Shown here: positions 7,301 through 13,910 of the stretch, one piece after another
How positions within the stretch are numbered: position 1 is the first letter of the stretch
How the letters are laid out: every line of letters starts with the position of its first letter
Notes under the pieces: generated by a model
Databases searched by the model: none
Told to the model about the DNA's origin: nothing
The model's input: only the letters and a program-made list of their open reading frames with translations
Translations under genes and position numbers: made by a program
Source: Candidatus Iainarchaeum sp.
GTDB lineage: Archaea > Iainarchaeota > Iainarchaeia > Iainarchaeales > VGJJ01
DNA length: 32,000 bases
NCBI GenBank assembly: GCA_030688545.1
Contig: JAUYHT010000002.1
Coordinates: forward strand, 150,001 to 182,000
Direction: 5' to 3'

Positions 7301-8155
7301 ATGGCCTTCCCAAATGACTTCATCCAGGAATTCTTTATCCGGCCCATCGTGGACTCAAGTGTGCCGGGATATAACCCGGTGAACACCCTCGTGTACGGGT
7401 TGATCCTCCTGGGGGTCGCCTTCTATGTCATCTATCCCTATCTCACCAAGCGAGGAGTGGTGTTTAATTGGGATTTCATGCGGATGCTGATTCCCTATAT
7501 CCTTTTTGGGATTTCTTTGCGCGTGCTGGAGGACCAGGATATTATCCAGCGGTCGGTGAATCCCCTTGACGCGGGGTTCTATGTATTTACTCCCGGCATT
7601 TGGATACTTACCTTTGTATTGGTTGTACTGGGAATGGGTTTGGGGAAATTACTGTCTACCCCCCTCCACCGGAACGCCACAACCATTACTTTCGCCTTTG
7701 GCTTACTGGTGGCATTGCCGGTGTTCCTATTCAATCTGATGCGGGGAATGGAATGGGGAGCTTTCTTAGGCATCCTCGCGCTCGTCGCCATCGTGAGCGG
7801 GATCCTATTCTACATGGCCAAACGGCTAAAATGGGAATTTTTGGATGATAACCTCGCCAAGCTCGCCGTGAGCGGGCAGATTTTGGACGCCGGAGCCACA
7901 TTCGTGGCATTAGAATTCTTCCAGTGCGCGGAACAGCACGTGCTCCCCCGCCTCCTGTTTGGGGCATTCGGAAATATTTCCTTCTTCTTCATCAAGATAC
8001 CCCTCATCCTTTTCATCGTGTACTTCCTCCATAAAGAATTCACCAAGGACAACGACCCCAACATGCGGGGATACGTCCTCATCTTCCTCGCCATCTTAGG
8101 TTTAGCCACGGGGGGAAGGAATCTCCTGACCATCCTCGCAGGGACGTGTAGCTGA
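7301..8155 (+). CDS. polytopic membrane protein, DUF63-like
   Basis: The N-terminus (MAFPNDFIQEFFIRPIVDSSVPGYNPVNTLVYG) followed by about 7 TM helices resembles the archaeal DUF63 family. The family name comes from memory of the motif, not from a search. Confidence 0.65.
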   Translation: MAFPNDFIQEFFIRPIVDSSVPGYNPVNTLVYGLILLGVAFYVIYPYLTKRGVVFNWDFMRMLIPYILFGISLRVLEDQDIIQRSVNPLDAGFYVFTPGIWILTFVLVVLGMGLGKLLSTPLHRNATTITFAFGLLVALPVFLFNLMRGMEWGAFLGILALVAIVSGILFYMAKRLKWEFLDDNLAKLAVSGQILDAGATFVALEFFQCAEQHVLPRLLFGAFGNISFFFIKIPLILFIVYFLHKEFTKDNDPNMRGYVLIFLAILGLATGGRNLLTILAGTCS

Positions 8156-8180
8156 CACCCCATTTTTTAGCCCATAGGCC

Positions 8181-8187
8181 TTAAATG
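8181..8187 (+). promoter_or_regulatory. TATA-like box for dph5
   Basis: TTAAATG lies about 26 nt upstream of ATG 8210. Confidence 0.4.
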
Positions 8188-8209
8188 CCCCTCCCGACTT
8201 TCCTGGTTC

Positions 8210-8971
8210 ATGTTCTCCCTCATTGGATTGGGATTAAATCCACGGCAACTGACGCTGGAAGCCCTGCATGCCATCCAAGCGAGCGATTCGGCGTGGGTGG
8301 AGGGATATACATCCATGTATGCGGAAGGGAACCTGGAGGGGTTGGAAGGAATCGTGCATCGTAAATTATCCCCCATTGGGAGGAGTGACATAGAGGAAGG
8401 GATGAAAGGGTTTCTCTCGCGCGCCCAGCAAAACCACATCGCCCTCCTGGTTTATGGGAATCCCCTCACGGCCACGACGCACATAAGTCTTATCCAGGAA
8501 TGCGTCAGACAGCGCATTCCCTATCAAGTCATTCCGGGGGTGTCGGTGTTCGATTATCGCGGGGTATGTGGATTGGACGAATACAAATTCGGGCGCACAA
8601 CAACTTTCGTTTTCCCCGAGGAGGGGCATGAGCCTTTATCCCCATTTGACATCATCGTGAAAAACAAGTCCATGGGATTGCACACCCATTGCTTATTCGA
8701 TCTGCACCCTGAGAAACAGCGAATGATGCGCGTGGACGAAGCCATTTCTTTCATCCTGAAAGCGGGAGAGGCCCGCCGGGTCGTTGTGCACGAATGGGTG
8801 GGGGTAGGGTTAGGGGGGATGGGTTCACCAAATCCTGAGATTCGTGCCGCTAGGTTGGGGGAACTGCAGAAACAGAATTGGGAGAAATTCCCCCAATCCC
8901 TCATCGTGTGCGGGGACATGAATGCGCATGAAAGAGACGCGCTGCGCGCCCTCGGGGGGTGGGGAGGATGA
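8210..8971 (+). CDS. dph5: diphthine synthase
   Basis: MFSLIGLGLN...EALHAIQASD...VEGYTS, ALLVYGNPLTATTH and IPGVS are characteristic of the tetrapyrrole-methylase-fold DphB/Dph5 enzyme. Confidence 0.9.
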   Translation: MFSLIGLGLNPRQLTLEALHAIQASDSAWVEGYTSMYAEGNLEGLEGIVHRKLSPIGRSDIEEGMKGFLSRAQQNHIALLVYGNPLTATTHISLIQECVRQRIPYQVIPGVSVFDYRGVCGLDEYKFGRTTTFVFPEEGHEPLSPFDIIVKNKSMGLHTHCLFDLHPEKQRMMRVDEAISFILKAGEARRVVVHEWVGVGLGGMGSPNPEIRAARLGELQKQNWEKFPQSLIVCGDMNAHERDALRALGGWGG

Positions 8972-9300
8972 ATGAAAATGAGCAGGAAAAATGGCGGCTC
9001 GAGAATGAGAAACTGAGGGGGGATTTGGAGATACGAGTGGAGAAATATAAGAACACCACTCAATCGGCATTGCAAAAAGTGAGCCTCATCCCCAAAAAGG
9101 ATACGAAAGAATATACCATTGCCATGGATTTTCTGACCATGGCCAACCACTACTTCAACGACGGCCTCCATTTCCAGACGCAGGGGGATCTGCTCCTGGC
9201 CCTGGCCTCTTTCTCATACGCTCACGCCTGGCTGGACGCGGGGGTGCGGGCGGGCATCATGGATGGGAAGGACGACGACAAGCTGTTCACCCTCCCCTAA
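8968..9300 (+). CDS. DUF357-family protein
   Basis: YFNDGLHFQTQGDLLLALASFSYAHAWLDAGVRAGIMD matches the DUF357 signature (..SY.HGWLDAGV..G). ATG 8968 overlaps the dph5 stop (ATGA). The track start at 8959 is GTG. Confidence 0.7.
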   Translation: MNENEQEKWRLENEKLRGDLEIRVEKYKNTTQSALQKVSLIPKKDTKEYTIAMDFLTMANHYFNDGLHFQTQGDLLLALASFSYAHAWLDAGVRAGIMDGKDDDKLFTLP

Positions 9301-9336
9301 GCAAGCCTAAAAAAGGAGAACGGGGGGAATGGAAGG

Positions 9337-9804
9337 ATGAAGCTCTACCAGAAACAACTCCCGGGATGGGAAATCGTATCGGCTTTGAAGGATGGGAAAT
9401 GGATTCCTTTGGCGTTGGGAATTGTGCTTTTGGTGCTGATCGGGGCGCTCCTTCTGGATGGGGCCACCCAACCCATCGCGCTATCATTCTCCAAGAATCC
9501 AGTATCGTTATCCCAAAACGAATCAACGGTGTTGGAGGTGACCATTTCTAATCCCACGGGCCAACCGACGTATGGGTTGGTTATCCGTCCCACGGTCATC
9601 GACCAGGAGCAGGTGAGCATCTCCCCCGAACAACAAACCATTTCCTCATTAGGAGCGCAGGAAAAAAGAAAATTGCAGTTCCTCGTGCTCCCCCTCAACC
9701 CCACGTCCCATCCCTTCCTGCCCGGGAGCTACCGCATTGAGGTAAGTGTGGGAATGAATGAGCAATCTTATTCGCAGGCCATATTCTTGAATGTGGAGAA
9801 ATGA
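9337..9804 (+). CDS. membrane-anchored hypothetical protein with a beta-rich (Ig/CARDB-like) ectodomain
   Basis: One TM segment (WIPLALGIVLLVLIGALLL) is followed by alternating-polarity strands (STVLEVTISNPTG..YRIEVSV). No family assigned. Confidence 0.55.
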   Translation: MKLYQKQLPGWEIVSALKDGKWIPLALGIVLLVLIGALLLDGATQPIALSFSKNPVSLSQNESTVLEVTISNPTGQPTYGLVIRPTVIDQEQVSISPEQQTISSLGAQEKRKLQFLVLPLNPTSHPFLPGSYRIEVSVGMNEQSYSQAIFLNVEK

Positions 9805-9849
9805 CACATCTGATACTCAAATAGGATGCATCTCCACCCAACTTTTTTG

Positions 9850-11013
9850 TTAGGTCTGAGCGGCCGACGCGGCATGGGCGCGGAGGAAGGCTTTCACTCG
9901 CTCCATGAAGATCGCCTCATCCTCAGCCCGAATGATGCCTCCGGCCGCGGGAACATGACCCCCGCCATTGGCCTCAGGCAAACCCCGGGTCGCGGTTTCC
10001 AAGAGCACATTGATGGGAACCTTGAAGTCCTGCCGCCGACCAGAGATAAGAATCTTATCCTTAAATTCCTCGAGGAGAAGGATGGTTTGGTTGGGCATCT
10101 TCTGAGACAATTTATTGATGAGGATGCTCTTGATGTTGTGCCTGGGTTTGACCTTGCCAATATGGAGCTCGAGCTCGGGGAAATATTCCATCTCATTGGG
10201 AAGGCGCTCCAACCAGAAGTTCATCTCTTCCTCCATGATGGCCACCAAAGACATGAAACCGGAATCCAGCATGACCTTGGGAGAATTGGCTTCGATAAGG
10301 AGATCAAGCACCTCGGGTAATTGTCGGGAAGACAGGGCGCCCGTGGCATAAATCATCCCCGAAAGTCGGCCAAAGGCATTCTCAAAAGGAACATCCATGA
10401 CTGGGTAATTTCCTCTCATCAAAGAGGCGTCAACGAAATCTTTCCAGCGAGGATACGCAGCATCGGAAACAATGCCAATGCACGCGATCCAATCCGAATC
10501 CGTCACATCCATGAAGTGGGAAAACAACGTGTACGCGAACATCGCGGTGGGAAAAGAACTACTTTCGGTCTCCCAGATGATGTCGGGTTTGGCGATGATC
10601 ACTCCCTGCATTTGGAGAGGGGTTACGACGCGGTGGTGGTCGATGATCAATGTCTCGCAAGCCTCCCCCAAGCGGAGAAGGAATGGGACCCCCATCTGGT
10701 CTACGCTCTTGTCGAGGGTAATGAGCTTAGTCACTCCCAGTTTTTTCAATTGCTCAGGCAGATCATCCGCCACATACCCGCGAGAAAAAGGAAAAGGATG
10801 AATGTACTCGGGGCGTTTGCCCCGCCACTTCTTAAGCGCCCGCACCGTCACCGCGGCGGCGGAAATGCCATCCCCATCGGGGTCATAAATAATCGCTACC
10901 CGGTCTTCGACTGAAATCTCTTGAAGGAATGAAAGGGCCGCGTCCAGGTTGGATTGATCCTTGATAGGTAGTTTTGCAATCCATTCAGGTGAAGAAAGAG
11001 GCATCAAAACCAT
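9850..11013 (-). CDS. DHH/DHHA1 phosphoesterase (RecJ-like / nanoRNase-like)
   Basis: Motifs IIYDPDGDGISAA, IIDHH and GGGHVPAAGG. Confidence 0.85.
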   Translation of the reverse strand: MVLMPLSSPEWIAKLPIKDQSNLDAALSFLQEISVEDRVAIIYDPDGDGISAAAVTVRALKKWRGKRPEYIHPFPFSRGYVADDLPEQLKKLGVTKLITLDKSVDQMGVPFLLRLGEACETLIIDHHRVVTPLQMQGVIIAKPDIIWETESSSFPTAMFAYTLFSHFMDVTDSDWIACIGIVSDAAYPRWKDFVDASLMRGNYPVMDVPFENAFGRLSGMIYATGALSSRQLPEVLDLLIEANSPKVMLDSGFMSLVAIMEEEMNFWLERLPNEMEYFPELELHIGKVKPRHNIKSILINKLSQKMPNQTILLLEEFKDKILISGRRQDFKVPINVLLETATRGLPEANGGGHVPAAGGIIRAEDEAIFMERVKAFLRAHAASAAQT

Positions 11014-11056
11014 TCAAACATAAAATCCTTTTAAGGACACTTATTTTAGTTGAGGA

Positions 11057-12112
11057 ATGCGCCCCCTCCCTCCCGAATGGTTTACCCAAAATCGGGTGGA
11101 CACTGTACTTATCCGCACCAGCGAGGCGATCCAAGACCCCCTGCTCACCGGGTTTACAAATCTCTATCCCACAGATTTCACTTTCTTTTTCATCCAATCC
11201 CCCCAACGAAAACATTTTATCTGCGGCCACATGGAGAAAGGGGCCGTCAAAAAGAATTACCGGGGACCCCTCACGGTGATACAGAAAAAGTCTGATTGGG
11301 TCCGCGCGCTTAAACCATTCATGAGAGGGAAGAGAGTAGGAATCAACCTGCCCTATTTAACGGCGGCCCAGCTGGCCAATCTCAAAAAGGAATTTCCGCG
11401 CACGCGATTCACGGATGTGAGTGGGGCGCTGGAGGAGACGCGGAAAATAAAGGAAAAGGATGAACAGAAAAAGCTGATGGAGGGCGCGCGCATCACTCAA
11501 GAGGTGTTGCATGGCATGCATCATGTGGTAAAAACCGGGATGAAAGAAATAGAACTCGCTGCCGAAATTGACCACCAATTCCACAAGAATGGGTGCACCA
11601 ATTCCTTTTCCACCATCGTGGCGTTCGGGAAGAATTCAAGGAACATCCACCATTATAATTCGAGCGCCAAATTGAGAAAAGGAGATGTAATCCTGATGGA
11701 CGCGGGAGCGCGATATCAGGGGTATTGCGCGGACCTCTCGCGCACATTCGTTTTTGGGAACGCCACTTCCGAGCAAGAAAAATGGTATGCATTATGCCAT
11801 CGCGCGCTCCAGGAAGGAATGCGAGCCATTTTCCCTGGCGAAAAAGGGAAAAAAGCGTTCGCGATCGCGGAAAAAACATTGGGGAAAAAAATCCCGCATG
11901 CCTTGGGCCATGGTATCGGATTGGAGACCCATGATGTGCCCAGTGGGATTGGTCCCTCTGCAGAATGGGCATTCGAAAAGGATATGTGCTTGGCGGTGGA
12001 ACCAGGATATTATGGAAAAACATTCGGGATCCGCATCGAGGAGAATGGGATGGTCACGCGCGAGGGATTCAAACCCTGGAGCAAGGCCCCTAAGCGGCTG
12101 GTGGTATGGTGA
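11057..12112 (+). CDS. M24-family Xaa-Pro aminopeptidase/dipeptidase
   Basis: Metal-ligand blocks GDVILMDAGARYQGYCADLSRTF, GHGIGLETHD and VEPGYY. A creatinase-like N-terminal domain is present. Confidence 0.85.
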   Translation: MRPLPPEWFTQNRVDTVLIRTSEAIQDPLLTGFTNLYPTDFTFFFIQSPQRKHFICGHMEKGAVKKNYRGPLTVIQKKSDWVRALKPFMRGKRVGINLPYLTAAQLANLKKEFPRTRFTDVSGALEETRKIKEKDEQKKLMEGARITQEVLHGMHHVVKTGMKEIELAAEIDHQFHKNGCTNSFSTIVAFGKNSRNIHHYNSSAKLRKGDVILMDAGARYQGYCADLSRTFVFGNATSEQEKWYALCHRALQEGMRAIFPGEKGKKAFAIAEKTLGKKIPHALGHGIGLETHDVPSGIGPSAEWAFEKDMCLAVEPGYYGKTFGIRIEENGMVTREGFKPWSKAPKRLVVW

Positions 12113-12203
12113 AAAGGGGATATTTGAAAAAAAAAGAATCTTCTTGAGCGTATTGCCCCTCCTGGCTTGAGTGGAATATACGCTTAAAACACAGGGCGCC
12201 GTA

Positions 12204-12992
12204 ATGAGAAGGATGAACCTGGAAGCGGCCAAGAGACGGTTGGATAATGCACTCGCGCGGAAAGACCTCGTCATGCTCGTGGGAGAATGCAAGGTAAAAT
12301 ACCAGGGGCGGGCGGCCAGCAACCTGGCTTATGGGAGTAGGTTGTTGCTCATCAAGGGGGATGGGAGTTTTGCCATTCACCAAAACAGGTTGTTGCGTCC
12401 CACCAACTATTTGATGTCCTCTCATTGGTCAACTTCCCTGGAAGAAGGAAGATTAATCGTATCGGCCACGAAACGGAATCCCAAGGAGACCCTCATCGTC
12501 TCCCTGAAAGATGTGGAGATGCTCCAAGTGCACACCATGGAGGACCGGGATGACGATTTCAAGCTTGTGGGGACAGAGAAAGAGCTGAATGACCAGCTCA
12601 TGGGGAGCTTGGATGTCCTGGAAAAAGGATTGCGCCCGCTCAAGCAGGAGAGCGTACTAAGGAAGGGGTTGGTGGATATCATGGCGGAGGATACGAATGG
12701 AAATCTCTGCGTCATTGAACTGAAACGACGGCAGGCGGACTACAATTCCGTGATGCAATTACAACGATATGTGCACGAGGTGCGCAAGCAGAAGAATGCC
12801 AAGGTCCGTGGTCTCCTCGTGGCCCCCACCATCGGACGGCAAGCCCTGGAACTCCTGAAAGGGTATGGATTGGAATACTTCTCATACACATTTGATGTTA
12901 CTCAACCCCGGGTAACCATTGATGGTATCGACACCAAACAACGCACCATATTCCAGGCGCTCGGGAATAATGGGGCTACTAAAAAAATATAA
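12204..12992 (+). CDS. nucS: endonuclease NucS/EndoMS
   Basis: LVGECKVKYQGRAASNLAYGSRLLLIKGDGSFAIHQ in the N-terminal domain, and VDIMAEDTNGNLCVIELKRRQA in the RecB-like nuclease core. The C-terminal KQRTIFQAL loosely resembles a PCNA-interacting tail. The track start at 12171 is GTG; ATGs occur at 12204 and 12213. Confidence 0.9.
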   Translation: MRRMNLEAAKRRLDNALARKDLVMLVGECKVKYQGRAASNLAYGSRLLLIKGDGSFAIHQNRLLRPTNYLMSSHWSTSLEEGRLIVSATKRNPKETLIVSLKDVEMLQVHTMEDRDDDFKLVGTEKELNDQLMGSLDVLEKGLRPLKQESVLRKGLVDIMAEDTNGNLCVIELKRRQADYNSVMQLQRYVHEVRKQKNAKVRGLLVAPTIGRQALELLKGYGLEYFSYTFDVTQPRVTIDGIDTKQRTIFQALGNNGATKKI

Positions 12993-13063
12993 TCGACCGA
13001 CGAGGAGAAAAATAGGATAACAAGGGAAATATTGATTTGGTTTAACACTTCCATTAAATTATT

Positions 13064-13123
13064 CGGCCGCCGGGGATTCAAAGAATCCCCTCGTCCATCG
13101 GGGCGGCCGATCGAAAGCGGCCC
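13064..13123. repeat. GC-rich structured repeat, copy 1
   Basis: CGGCCGCC-GGGGATTC-AAA-GAATCCCC-TCGTCCATCGG-GGCGGCCG-ATCGAAAG-CGGCCC. Confidence 0.8.
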
Positions 13124-13161
13124 TGGTTGAAAAGTGGACATAGGAATGAAACAAATTGTTA

Positions 13162-13221
13162 CGGCCGCTGGGAGGTCAACGACCTCCCACGTCCCTCGGT
13201 GCGGCCGGACGAAAACGGCCC
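13162..13221. repeat. GC-rich structured repeat, copy 2
   Basis: CGGCCGCT-GGGAGGTC-AAC-GACCTCCC-ACGTCCCTCGG-TGCGGCCG-GACGAAAA-CGGCCC. Confidence 0.8.
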
Positions 13222-13280
13222 TCAAAATCGTGCAGCCGGAGGAAAGCGGAAATTGTCGTCGTTCGGATTAAGTGTCGTTC

Positions 13281-13339
13281 CGGCCGCCGGGAGGGTGTAA
13301 CCCTCCCTCGTCCATCGGGGCGGCCGGACGAAAACGGCC
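13281..13339. repeat. GC-rich structured repeat, copy 3 (abuts the stop codon of the minus-strand gene)
   Basis: CGGCCGCC-GGGAGGGT-GTA-ACCCTCCC-TCGTCCATCGG-GGCGGCCG-GACGAAAA-CGGCC. Confidence 0.8.
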
Positions 13340-13836
13340 TAGTGCTGCTGCAAAATCCCCCCCATGTAGATTAGGGGGAGGCCGCTCACCAGGGCAAGGG
13401 CTATGGATCCATTGTTCGCCAAGGTGGCAGGGGAGAATGTCAAGACGAGGAAGAGGAGCAGGTGCAATCCCCCCACGCCATACCAGAAATGCTTAGTCGT
13501 CCATACCAATCCGGTGGCCAGGAATCCGATGGCCGTGACCAATGCCCAGTAGGCCCATGGATCAGGGATGAGCGCGGGAACCAATTGGGAGGCAAACAGC
13601 CAATGATACACCATCCCGAGGATGACCACGACCAGCCAGACATGCACCACTTTGTTCTTGGACCAATGGGGAACCCATTTGATCATTCCTCCAATGCCAA
13701 TGAGGGAGAGCAATGTCCACAATGGCAAGGGGGTTGGGAAGGATGGATTATTCAAATAGAATTGATAAATCCCATATCCGAAGAGGGTGATGAGACCCCA
13801 CAATAGGATGGATTTGGAAAACCCGCTCATGGCCAT
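13339..13836 (-). CDS. hypothetical polytopic membrane protein (about 5 TM)
   Basis: 165-aa ORF that is almost entirely hydrophobic helices rich in W/Y/G. ATG at 13836 with a TATA-like box about 28 nt upstream. Confidence 0.6.
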   Translation of the reverse strand: MAMSGFSKSILLWGLITLFGYGIYQFYLNNPSFPTPLPLWTLLSLIGIGGMIKWVPHWSKNKVVHVWLVVVILGMVYHWLFASQLVPALIPDPWAYWALVTAIGFLATGLVWTTKHFWYGVGGLHLLLFLVLTFSPATLANNGSIALALVSGLPLIYMGGILQQH

Positions 13837-13860
13837 ACGCTTTCTCCTCCAGTGTTGGAT

Positions 13861-13868
13861 GTTAAAAG
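13861..13868 (-). promoter_or_regulatory. TATA-like box for the 13339..13836 gene
   Basis: The minus strand reads CTTTTAAC, 25-32 nt upstream of ATG 13836. Confidence 0.35.
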
Positions 13869-13882
13869 AGAAGGCTCAAAGG

Positions 13883-13890
13883 TTTAAAAG
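13883..13890 (+). promoter_or_regulatory. TATA-like box for the surface-protein gene
   Basis: TTTAAAAG lies 21-28 nt upstream of ATG 13911. Confidence 0.4.
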
Positions 13891-13910
13891 CCTGAAGCGG
13901 GTGGGAAGTA

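Noticed and set aside
8554-9171. Long antisense ORFs inside confident genes (for example 8554..9171-, 9826..10320+, 10321..10914+, 11493..12023-, 11792..12322-, 15396..15935-, 20532..20945-, 21158..21667-, 21709..22071-, 22659..23096-, 24643..25132-, 28738..29307-)
   Set aside because: Each lies opposite a gene with clear family motifs. They have Arg/Pro/Gly/Ser-rich shadow-frame composition and no recognisable motifs.
13064-13339. Possible mini-CRISPR array (three GC-rich repeats separated by unique spacers)
   Set aside because: The repeat units are about 60 nt and differ internally, with compensated stem changes. The spacers are unequal (38 and 59 nt). There are only three units, and no cas genes or leader are present in the window.
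13064-13339. Hammerhead, HDV-like or twister self-cleaving ribozyme, or guanidine (mini-ykkC / ykkC-III) riboswitch
   Set aside because: I checked both strands by eye. There is no CUGAUGA...GAAA hammerhead core; the nearest strings (CCGAUGGA / CCGAGGGA) are not conserved between copies. The helix order does not fit the HDV nested pseudoknot. The ACGA occurrence is not in a closed ACGR tetraloop. The genes converge on the repeats, so a 5' riboswitch role is unlikely.
13156-13496. Track ORFs 13156..13374 (+) and 13272..13496 (+) sharing the peptide GAAGRKRPS, and 12902..13225 (-)
   Set aside because: The shared peptide is simply the translation of the repeated GC-rich element. The ORFs are Arg/Gly/Pro-rich and low-complexity, overlap each other and a real membrane-protein gene, and lack promoter or SD context.
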